A stretch of DNA of 59,567 nucleotides. Source: an uncultured Piscirickettsiaceae bacterium. GTDB taxonomy: Bacteria > Pseudomonadota > Gammaproteobacteria > GCF-002020875. Each line of letters starts with the position of its first letter. The stretch's first letter is position 1. Position numbers and translations under genes: made by a program. Location: positions 1 to 59,567 of the forward strand of contig CAYFNH010000003.1 of NCBI GenBank assembly GCA_964344435.1, written 5' to 3'. Positions 18,453 through 25,653 of the stretch are shown in pieces. The notes beneath the pieces were generated by a model. That model had not been told where the DNA came from. It did no database searches and saw only the letters and a list, made by a program, of their open reading frames with translations.

Positions 18453-18468
18453 TGTGACGTACGTCATT
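18453..18468. promoter_or_regulatory. Candidate operator TGTGA-CGTACG-TCATT (CRP-like; contains the perfect palindrome TGACGTACGTCA)
   Basis: 8 of 10 positions match TGTGA-N6-TCACA; lies 18 bp upstream of the DUF1538 start. Confidence 0.4.
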
Positions 18469-18486
18469 TAACTATAGGGAGCGTTC

Positions 18487-20262
18487 ATGGCAAGTCAAAT
18501 CCGGTTTGGCGATTACCTCAGCAAGGTGTCCGTCCAACACAATACTCTTAATTACAATCAGCTAACCCCCACCCCGGAACGGGACTCCGAGGGCAAGCTG
18601 ATCCCCATCCAGCCCAAGAAACTGACATTCACCCCGGTTGATATTTACCGTCTGCTGAAGCCCTATATCAGTGTACGGGTAATGGAGCAGGTTCAGGCGG
18701 TGGTTCCACTGGGGCTCTACCTGGCCCTGTTCCAGATCCTGATGCTGCGCGAGAATGTACAAGACTCCTGGATCATCACCATGGGGCTGGCTGCGGTTAT
18801 CTTCGGTCTGATGCTGTTCATGGAGGGGTTGAAACTGGGGCTGATGCCCTTTGGTGAGGTGATCGGCAACGGTCTACCGAAGAAGTCGCCACTTCCGGTG
18901 GTGCTCTTCATCGCCTTTCTGCTCGGGATCGGGGTAACCTTCGCTGAACCAGCGATTGGTGCCCTGCAGGCAGTAGGTGCCGGCGTGGATGTCACCAAGG
19001 CCCCCTATCTCTATACCTTGCTCAATGACTGGGCCGGGGTGCTGGTGCTGATGGTAGGTGCCGGTGTAGGCATTGCCGCAGTACTGGGTGCGCTGCGCTT
19101 CCTGCGTGGCTGGAGCCTCAAGCCGATGATCTACATGGCGCTCGCTCCAACCTTGCTGATTACCATGTATATGATGAATGACCCCGAGTTGGCCGCCGTA
19201 CTGGGGCTGGCCTGGGACTGTGGTGCTGTTACCACAGGGCCGGTAACCGTTCCTCTGGTACTCTCCCTCGGTATCGGTATCGCCTCCGCCTCCGGCAAGG
19301 GAGACTCCTCCCTCTCCGGTTTCGGCATCGTAACCCTAGCCTCCCTGTTCCCGATCATTGCAGTGCTGATACTGACTCTCTACATCTCCAGCGTGGTTCC
19401 CGCCTCTGAGATTATCGCCGCTGCCCAGAGCACGACCGCTGTGGTCGCTCAACCCCAGTGGTACGAGGTGACACCAGGGGCCGAGATCATTGGCGGCATT
19501 CGCGCCATTGTTCCTCTGGTGATCTTCCTGGTGATCGTACTGACGATCATTCTGCGTGAGAAGATCAGCCAGCCCGGTATCGTCTTCTACGGCATCTTTC
19601 TGGCGGTTGCCGGCATGATCGTCTTCAGCATTGGCCTGAGCTATGGCCTGGCCAAGCTGGGTGGGCAATCTGGTGGACTGGTTCCGGCAGCCTTTTCGCA
19701 ATTACCGGCTGTTGAAGACTCACCACTCTATGACTACACCACCGGTATCGCCGTGGCACTGATCTTTGCCTGGCTGCTCGGTTTTGGTGCAACCCTGGCA
19801 GAGCCTGCCCTCAACGCTCTGGGTATGACGGTAGAGAATCTCACCAATGGCGCTTTCAAGAAGAGTACCTTGATGTATGCGGTCTCTTTCGGGGTTGCCT
19901 GCGGCATCGCCACCGGGGTAACCAAGATCATCTACGATATCCCGATTGCCAACCTGCTGATTCCCGCCTATATCCTTGGCGTGGTTCTCACCTACCTCTC
20001 CACCGAGGAGTTCGTGAACGTGGCCTGGGACAGTGCCGGCGTAACCACTGGCCCGGTAACGGTGCCACTGGTGCTGGCGATGGGACTCGGTTTTGGTAAT
20101 GCCGTGGATGCGGTGGATGGGTTCGGTATTCTGTCCATGGCCTCGATTGGCCCCATCCTCTCTGTTATGACCGTTGGCCTCTGGGTTCAATACCAGACCC
20201 GCCGTACAGAGCAACAAGAAGCAAATGAAATGACACAAGCTGCAACAGGAGAAAACGCATGA
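18487..20262 (+). CDS. Membrane protein with two fused DUF1538 domains
   Basis: Duplicated motifs TFAEPA / TLAEPA and DCGAVTTGPVTVPLVL / DSAGVTTGPVTVPLVL; many TM segments. Confidence 0.88.
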   Translation: MASQIRFGDYLSKVSVQHNTLNYNQLTPTPERDSEGKLIPIQPKKLTFTPVDIYRLLKPYISVRVMEQVQAVVPLGLYLALFQILMLRENVQDSWIITMGLAAVIFGLMLFMEGLKLGLMPFGEVIGNGLPKKSPLPVVLFIAFLLGIGVTFAEPAIGALQAVGAGVDVTKAPYLYTLLNDWAGVLVLMVGAGVGIAAVLGALRFLRGWSLKPMIYMALAPTLLITMYMMNDPELAAVLGLAWDCGAVTTGPVTVPLVLSLGIGIASASGKGDSSLSGFGIVTLASLFPIIAVLILTLYISSVVPASEIIAAAQSTTAVVAQPQWYEVTPGAEIIGGIRAIVPLVIFLVIVLTIILREKISQPGIVFYGIFLAVAGMIVFSIGLSYGLAKLGGQSGGLVPAAFSQLPAVEDSPLYDYTTGIAVALIFAWLLGFGATLAEPALNALGMTVENLTNGAFKKSTLMYAVSFGVACGIATGVTKIIYDIPIANLLIPAYILGVVLTYLSTEEFVNVAWDSAGVTTGPVTVPLVLAMGLGFGNAVDAVDGFGILSMASIGPILSVMTVGLWVQYQTRRTEQQEANEMTQAATGENA

Positions 20263-20615
20263 GTGCTCGTAATATTACCTATCTGACGGATGTTTCACTG
20301 ATTACCTGCATCGTGCAGCGCGGCAACGCGGATGCCATCGTCAAGGCGGCCCAGGAGTCGGGGGCACAGGGTGCTACCGTCAACTTCGCCAAGGGCTCCG
20401 GTATTCGTGAGCGCATGGGCATCCTCGGAGTGGCCGTTGAGGTCGACAAGGAGATTATTCAGGTTATTGTCTCCACCGAGCAGCAGGAGCTGATTTTCGA
20501 GCAGATGTTCCTTGCCGGTGAACTGGATACCCCGGGAATGGGAATCATGTACATCACCCCTCTGGACAAGGCCGCCACCTATATTCCAGCCGAAGTGGTC
20601 GCCAAGCTGGCGTAA
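20259..20615 (+). CDS. PII-like signalling protein
   Basis: LITCIVQRG..AQESGAQGAT....GSG...KEII.V...GELDTPGMGIMYITPL; short T-loop without the canonical Tyr51; overlaps the DUF1538 stop (ATGA). Confidence 0.85.
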   Translation: MSARNITYLTDVSLITCIVQRGNADAIVKAAQESGAQGATVNFAKGSGIRERMGILGVAVEVDKEIIQVIVSTEQQELIFEQMFLAGELDTPGMGIMYITPLDKAATYIPAEVVAKLA

Positions 20616-20625
20616 GGGGAAAACC

Positions 20626-20928
20626 ATGGATATCGAGACCAACAACAAGCTGATCACCTGCCTGATCCCCAAGGGAGAGGGGGTATCGACCATCTCTGCC
20701 CTCAAGGACGAGAAGCAGATCAATGGCGCCAACGTCTATGGCGGGCGCAGCAACCTCTTCTATGTCGGCAAGGATCTGGAATCTGAAACACTGGCCGTGG
20801 TAGTACCTGAAGAGCGTGCTGACGAAATCTTTGACTTCCTCTATGAGCGCCTGGAGATTGGCTCCAAGCACCATGGGGTCATGTTCCAGTGCCCACTTAC
20901 CAGTAGCACGGTGTTCACACTGTCCTGA
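20626..20928 (+). CDS. Second, divergent PII-like protein (100 aa)
   Basis: KLITCLIPKG...ETLAVVVPEERADEIFDFLYERLEIG..HHGVMF; ATG 20626 with a GGGG RBS (the track start at 20512 overlaps the previous gene). Confidence 0.7.
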   Translation: MDIETNNKLITCLIPKGEGVSTISALKDEKQINGANVYGGRSNLFYVGKDLESETLAVVVPEERADEIFDFLYERLEIGSKHHGVMFQCPLTSSTVFTLS

Positions 20929-20929
20929 T

Positions 20930-21053
20930 CGTAACTATTCAGCTCCCCCCCTGAAACCCGCCATCTCTATGTTCGAAAATGGTCATTTACACTTATAAAC
21001 TCACATTTTCTGCCTTGATCTGGCGGACTTCAGAGGCAACCTGAACAGCTACA
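20930..21053. mobile_element. 124-bp MITE-like element with the same ends as 18242-18274
   Basis: 20930-20954 matches 18242-18266 at 24 of 25 nt; 21040-21053 matches 18261-18274 at 14 of 14 nt. Confidence 0.55.
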
Positions 21054-21073
21054 GTCATTTTTATCAACAACCC

Positions 21074-21109
21074 AAAAGCCCTGATGGTTATTCCATCAGG
21101 GCTTTTTTT
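21074..21109. terminator. Bidirectional rho-independent terminator between the convergent PII and pentapeptide genes
   Basis: AAAAGCCCTGATGG-TTATT-CCATCAGGGCTTTTTTT. Confidence 0.85.
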
Positions 21110-21130
21110 ATGACTTTCACAGGATTGGCT

Positions 21131-21742
21131 CTACTTCCACCCTACTGCAAACAACGATTTCTTCGCCTTGCGCTTGCCCTTGACTATACTCAGCTTTGCC
21201 CCGGTAAAGTCTGCCCCCTCAATATTGGCACCACTAAAGTTTGAACTGCCAAGATCCACTCCACGGAAATTACTCCAACTCAAATCGGCACCGGAAAAGT
21301 CTACCCCCTTGACCTGCGCCCCCTGAAAATTGGCTGCCGCCAGATCTGCCTTGGTAAAGTTGGCGTATGAGAGATCCACCCCCTCAAAATTGAGCCCATA
21401 CCCCTTGAGCCCCTTGGCCGTCACCCCGTTCATATTGGCCCCCTTGAGGGTAGCCCCCGCAATCATCGCCCCGTTGAGAACAGCCATCTTCAAGTTGGCA
21501 TCCGAAAGATCCGCCTTTTTCAGGTTGGCCTTGGTAAGATTCTTGCGTCCCAGGTTGACCTTGATAAAGACGGCACCACTCAGATCACACTTCTTGCAGA
21601 CCTTCTTCCTCTTGGCCTTCTTCACATCCTTGGGCTTCGCCGCCCAGGCGACTGAGTCGACCACACCGGCCCCACCCAACAGCAGGGAACATACCGTCAG
21701 ATAGACCACTGCACCGATGTGAACTCTCTTTAACCGCATCAT
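21131..21742 (-). CDS. Exported, highly basic pentapeptide-repeat protein
   Basis: Signal-like N-terminus ending AWA, CKKCDLSGA, then about 24 A(D/N)(L/F)xx repeats. Confidence 0.88.
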   Translation of the reverse strand: MMRLKRVHIGAVVYLTVCSLLLGGAGVVDSVAWAAKPKDVKKAKRKKVCKKCDLSGAVFIKVNLGRKNLTKANLKKADLSDANLKMAVLNGAMIAGATLKGANMNGVTAKGLKGYGLNFEGVDLSYANFTKADLAAANFQGAQVKGVDFSGADLSWSNFRGVDLGSSNFSGANIEGADFTGAKLSIVKGKRKAKKSLFAVGWK

Positions 21743-21789
21743 AATGTTACTAATCTTCTTGTTCCATACCCGGGCCTTTCGATAACCGG

Positions 21790-22635
21790 CTAACTCTTCT
21801 TTTTCCGCTTCTTCTTGCGGCGCTTCTTCCTTTTCTTCTTCTTGTCGACCCGTTCCCCCCCCTGGACCTTGACTCGCTTCTGCCAGGCCGGGGCATTTTC
21901 ATCATCCTGATTGAACTCTACTGCCTTGTCGACCTTGATGATAACACGCCGGTTTTCCGCCTGGTTCGCCTTGATGGGGCGCCCGGTCTTATCCCGATTC
22001 GGTACCTTGGGAACCGAATCGGCAAAGGCACTCGCCTTGACCCGTTTGGGATCCATCCCATGATCGGTCATAAACTTCAATACATTGATCGCACGCACCG
22101 AGGAGAGTTCCCAGTTCGACGGAAATTTGGCTGTATTGATCGGCACATCATCGGTGTGCCCCTGCACCTCCATCTGTGCCCCATCCACCCTGTTAATCGC
22201 CCTTGCCAGCTGTGTTAGTACCGGCTTGATGGTACGTTGCAGCGTGGCAGAACCACTGGTAAAGAGTGAGTTATTGGCCAACTCCAACTCAAATCCCCCT
22301 GGAGTTTTGGTAACGCTGACAAACTCCTCTACCCCACGAGCAGCGACCATATCCTCCACCTTCTCGGCCGCCTTCTCCGCCTCACTTTTACCCTTCCCTT
22401 TACCTTCACCAGCCTCTGAGCCGGCCATCGGGGATTCGTGGATCGCAGGGACCGCAACACGGGCAAAGGCCTCCTTCATCCCTTCGGAGACCATACCAAA
22501 CTTGATCGGATCCCAGTGTGCCGTCGCCAACAGCATTACAAAGAACGCCATCAGCAGCGACATCATATCGGCGAAGGTTCCCATCAACTCATCGGGATCT
22601 TCACAAACTTCGCACTCTGGACACTTCTTGGCCAT
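21790..22635 (-). CDS. motB: MotB/PomB-family stator subunit with an OmpA-like peptidoglycan-binding domain
   Basis: MGTFADMMSLLMAFFVMLL TM with the conserved Asp; VQGHTDDVPI...NWELSSVRA; NRRVII. Confidence 0.88.
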   Translation of the reverse strand: MAKKCPECEVCEDPDELMGTFADMMSLLMAFFVMLLATAHWDPIKFGMVSEGMKEAFARVAVPAIHESPMAGSEAGEGKGKGKSEAEKAAEKVEDMVAARGVEEFVSVTKTPGGFELELANNSLFTSGSATLQRTIKPVLTQLARAINRVDGAQMEVQGHTDDVPINTAKFPSNWELSSVRAINVLKFMTDHGMDPKRVKASAFADSVPKVPNRDKTGRPIKANQAENRRVIIKVDKAVEFNQDDENAPAWQKRVKVQGGERVDKKKKRKKRRKKKRKKKS

Positions 22636-22675
22636 ACAATTCTACCGAGATGCTTCGCTCTACCGTACGCTCTAA

Positions 22676-23458
22676 CTATTCCGCCACATCAAACCAGGCA
22701 GCCGGCGCCAGGAAACTGTTGAGCTTGTCCTGAATTTCACGCCCAGGACGCTGCTCTGCCAGCATGATAAACCCCTCCACCAGCAACATGTTACGAAAAC
22801 GGATCATCTCCTCCTTCTGCTGTAGCTTGACCGCCGCAGGCAGGAAGATCATCTGCGCAAAGATTACCCCGTAGAGCGTAGTCAACATCGCAACCGCCAT
22901 ACCGGCACCGAGTGCCGCCGGGTCACCACCCATGTTGCCCAACATCAGTACCAGTCCCACCAGGGTGCCGATCATTCCATAGGCCGGGGAGAGAGAGGAC
23001 ATCTTCTTGAGCACATCCACCTGAATGGTATTACGCTGAAAGGAGGTGGCATTGGCCGTCTCCAGCAATTCCCGCAGCTCTTCCCCCTTGTAGTTGGAAA
23101 GTACGAACTTGCCCCCTACAGCAAGAAAGGCATCCGTGGTGTCCGAACCCATCTCCTGCTCCAGGGCAACAACTCCCTGTGTTTGAACCACTTTTGCCCA
23201 CTCAATCATCTTCTGTACGTCTGCCATCAGAGAGAAGAAGTTGACCGTGGAGGCCTGAAACTGAGCCACCATCGCGCCAAAGGCGCGGTTTACATAGAGC
23301 GGTTGATAGGACATATACGAGCCGGCAATTGCACCACCCGCCACAATGGCCAGACTGGGCAGGTCGACAAAGACCGCCGGATTGTCCGTACTACTGAGGA
23401 TGGCCCCGAAAAAGATGCCGAAGCCTCCTAAAATTCCACCCAACGTTCCTAACGACAT
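22676..23458 (-). CDS. motA: MotA/PomA-family stator subunit
   Basis: VDLPSLAIVAGG; PAYGMIGTLVGLVLML; GMAVAMLTTLYG; 260 aa. Confidence 0.88.
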   Translation of the reverse strand: MSLGTLGGILGGFGIFFGAILSSTDNPAVFVDLPSLAIVAGGAIAGSYMSYQPLYVNRAFGAMVAQFQASTVNFFSLMADVQKMIEWAKVVQTQGVVALEQEMGSDTTDAFLAVGGKFVLSNYKGEELRELLETANATSFQRNTIQVDVLKKMSSLSPAYGMIGTLVGLVLMLGNMGGDPAALGAGMAVAMLTTLYGVIFAQMIFLPAAVKLQQKEEMIRFRNMLLVEGFIMLAEQRPGREIQDKLNSFLAPAAWFDVAE

Positions 23459-23590
23459 AACAACTAACCTCTATTTGATTTCCAATCCCGTGACGTTTTT
23501 CTGACGCGATTTACTCGTAACACCATAGAGCAGAAAACATGCCACTATTTTATTTGTTCAAAATCAGCCATATACTGAAAATCATTTCCC

Positions 23591-23628
23591 AAAATAAAAA
23601 GGGAGGCTTCAATTCAGAGGCCTCCCTT
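23591..23628 (-). terminator. Rho-independent terminator downstream of the cNMP-binding gene
   Basis: AAGGGAGGC...GCCTCCCTT stem followed by TTTTATTTT on the minus strand. Confidence 0.7.
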
Positions 23629-23646
23629 AGGGCGGTAACTATAATC

Positions 23647-24003
23647 CTAGCCCGCCTTGGACTGCAACATCTGCTGCATTCGGCGAATCAGGCTCAGGAC
23701 AATGGCACGCATAATCGGAGGACTCTTTCCCAGCATCATGTTCACATCTTTGCGCGTCACCTGCATGATCTCGGTGTACTCCGTGGCCCGGATGGTGGCA
23801 CTACGCTTGTCATCAGCCGAGAGAATCGCCAGCTCACCAAACACCTCACCCTTGCCCAACTGGGCAAGTACCAGCCGATCTCCATCGCTTTGCTCAATAT
23901 AGACCTCAACCGCCCCTTCACGGATCACCCCGGCCCATTCGCCACGCATCCCCTGCTTGAAGACCTCTTCATTGGCCGAGAATTTTTTTAATGTAGCCGC
24001 CAT
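23647..24003 (-). CDS. Standalone cyclic-nucleotide-binding domain protein (no HTH)
   Basis: VFKQG, GAVEV, phosphate-binding cassette FGELAILSADDKRSATIRA, C-helix; 118 aa. Confidence 0.85.
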   Translation of the reverse strand: MAATLKKFSANEEVFKQGMRGEWAGVIREGAVEVYIEQSDGDRLVLAQLGKGEVFGELAILSADDKRSATIRATEYTEIMQVTRKDVNMMLGKSPPIMRAIVLSLIRRMQQMLQSKAG

Positions 24004-24025
24004 AGTCTGTTCTCTGTCTCTCTAT

Positions 24026-25588
24026 TTATTGTTGTTCTGCATCCTGCTTGCTGTCGGATGACGCCCTGCCAAAACCACCGCCACCTGGGGTAGTTATCGT
24101 CAACTCATCCCCCCGCTTGACCTGTAGAGAGCATTTTGAGGAGAGCCTTAGCTCTCCCAGTCGATTCTCACCACTTTTTCCGGGCCCGCCACCATTCAGC
24201 CCCCATGGAGAGGAGGTTCTACGCTCGGTAAGCAGCGTCACCGAGGCAGGCTGCAGAAAATGGAAGGACCGGCAGAGCCCATCTCCCCCCACATGCTCGC
24301 CTGCCCCACCAGAACCCCGACGAATCTGGTAGCGGCCAATCCGTACCGGGATCGACATCTCCACCACCTCCACCGGGGTATTGAGCGTGTTGGTCATGTG
24401 GGTCTGCAGCGCCGAGCAGCCGGGAGAGAATGGACTGGCCCCCATGCCGCCCCCCAAGGTCTCATAATAGTCCCAGTGGCCACCGTCTATCGTACCTCCC
24501 ATGGCGAGGTTGTTCATGGTTCCCTGGCTTGCGGCTGTCATTCGCTGAGGAATAGCCTGGGCCAGTGCTCCCATCACCACATCCACCACCCGCGAACTGG
24601 TCTCGACATTGCCTGCAGCAACCGCTGCCGGACGCCGGGCATTGAGCAGACCCCCCACCGGGGCATGAATCGATATAGGATAAAAACAGCCTGCTGCAGC
24701 CGGCGTCTGTGGAGGCATCAGGCTGCGAAAAACGTAATAGACGCCAGCAGCGGCAACCGACAGCGGGCAGTTTATATTGCCCTCGGTCTGCTCTGCGCTA
24801 CCGCTAAAATCAACTTCGATACGCCCCTCTGCGGCGGTAATTGCTACCACAATCGGTAGCCTCTCCCCCTCACTCCCCTCCATCTCATCAGCAAAGCGAT
24901 AACAACCATCAGGGATCTCACGCAGTGTCTGTAGCGATAGCTGCTCAGCATAGCGGTTGAGCGCATCCAGCCCCTGACGGTAACAGGAGAACCCATACCT
25001 CTCTATCCACTGCGAAAGCCGCTGGATCCCGGCCCGATTGGCACTGATCTGTGCCTCAAAATCGCCCTGCGACCCATCCGGATTGCGCAGCTGTGAAAGC
25101 AGTTGCTGGTAAAAGGGTTGTTGAATCTCCCCCCCGCGCAGCAGGTGAGTAGGGGGGATCACCACCCCCTCCTCCTCCAGAGTATTGGAGAGAGGCATCG
25201 AACCGGGACTTTTTGCACCGATGTCGGCATGGTGCGCACGATTGACCACAAACCCCAGCAGCTGCTGCTGGAGAATCAGCGGTGAGATCATGGTGACATC
25301 CGGCAGATGGGTTCCACCCAGGAAAGGGTCATTGACTACAACCAGGTCACCCGCCTGCCACTCAATATCAGAGACAATATCGCGCATGGCATAGGCCATA
25401 CTGCCCAGATGAACCGGAATATGAGCTGCCTGCGCGCACAGCGCCCCCTCCGCATCGAAGATGGCGCACGAGTAGTCGAGTCGGTCCCGAATGTTGGGCG
25501 AGAAAGCGGCCCGGCGCAACACCGCACCCATCTCGTCACAGACCGCCTCAATTCGGCTTGAAAAGATCGTTAAATCGACCGCATCCAT
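24026..25588 (-). CDS. Hydantoinase B / 5-oxoprolinase family subunit
   Basis: AFSPNIRDRLDYSCA, AAHIPVHLGSM, NDPFLGGTHLPD, THMTNTLNTPVE, TPGGGGFG. Confidence 0.92.
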   Translation of the reverse strand: MDAVDLTIFSSRIEAVCDEMGAVLRRAAFSPNIRDRLDYSCAIFDAEGALCAQAAHIPVHLGSMAYAMRDIVSDIEWQAGDLVVVNDPFLGGTHLPDVTMISPLILQQQLLGFVVNRAHHADIGAKSPGSMPLSNTLEEEGVVIPPTHLLRGGEIQQPFYQQLLSQLRNPDGSQGDFEAQISANRAGIQRLSQWIERYGFSCYRQGLDALNRYAEQLSLQTLREIPDGCYRFADEMEGSEGERLPIVVAITAAEGRIEVDFSGSAEQTEGNINCPLSVAAAGVYYVFRSLMPPQTPAAAGCFYPISIHAPVGGLLNARRPAAVAAGNVETSSRVVDVVMGALAQAIPQRMTAASQGTMNNLAMGGTIDGGHWDYYETLGGGMGASPFSPGCSALQTHMTNTLNTPVEVVEMSIPVRIGRYQIRRGSGGAGEHVGGDGLCRSFHFLQPASVTLLTERRTSSPWGLNGGGPGKSGENRLGELRLSSKCSLQVKRGDELTITTPGGGGFGRASSDSKQDAEQQ

Positions 25589-25653
25589 GGATCACGCTCC
25601 GCAACAACAGGGCGAGAGAGTATAGCAACCAATGGGCTGCAGAGATCCGGCAA

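Noticed and set aside
20512-20625. N-terminal extension of the second PII-like ORF in the track
   Set aside because: It overlaps the first PII gene; the ATG at 20626 has a good RBS and gives a normal PII length.
21790-23458. MotA/MotB pair as a Zorya anti-phage system
   Set aside because: The MotA is normal length (260 aa) without the long ZorA tail, and no ZorC/D/E genes are adjacent.
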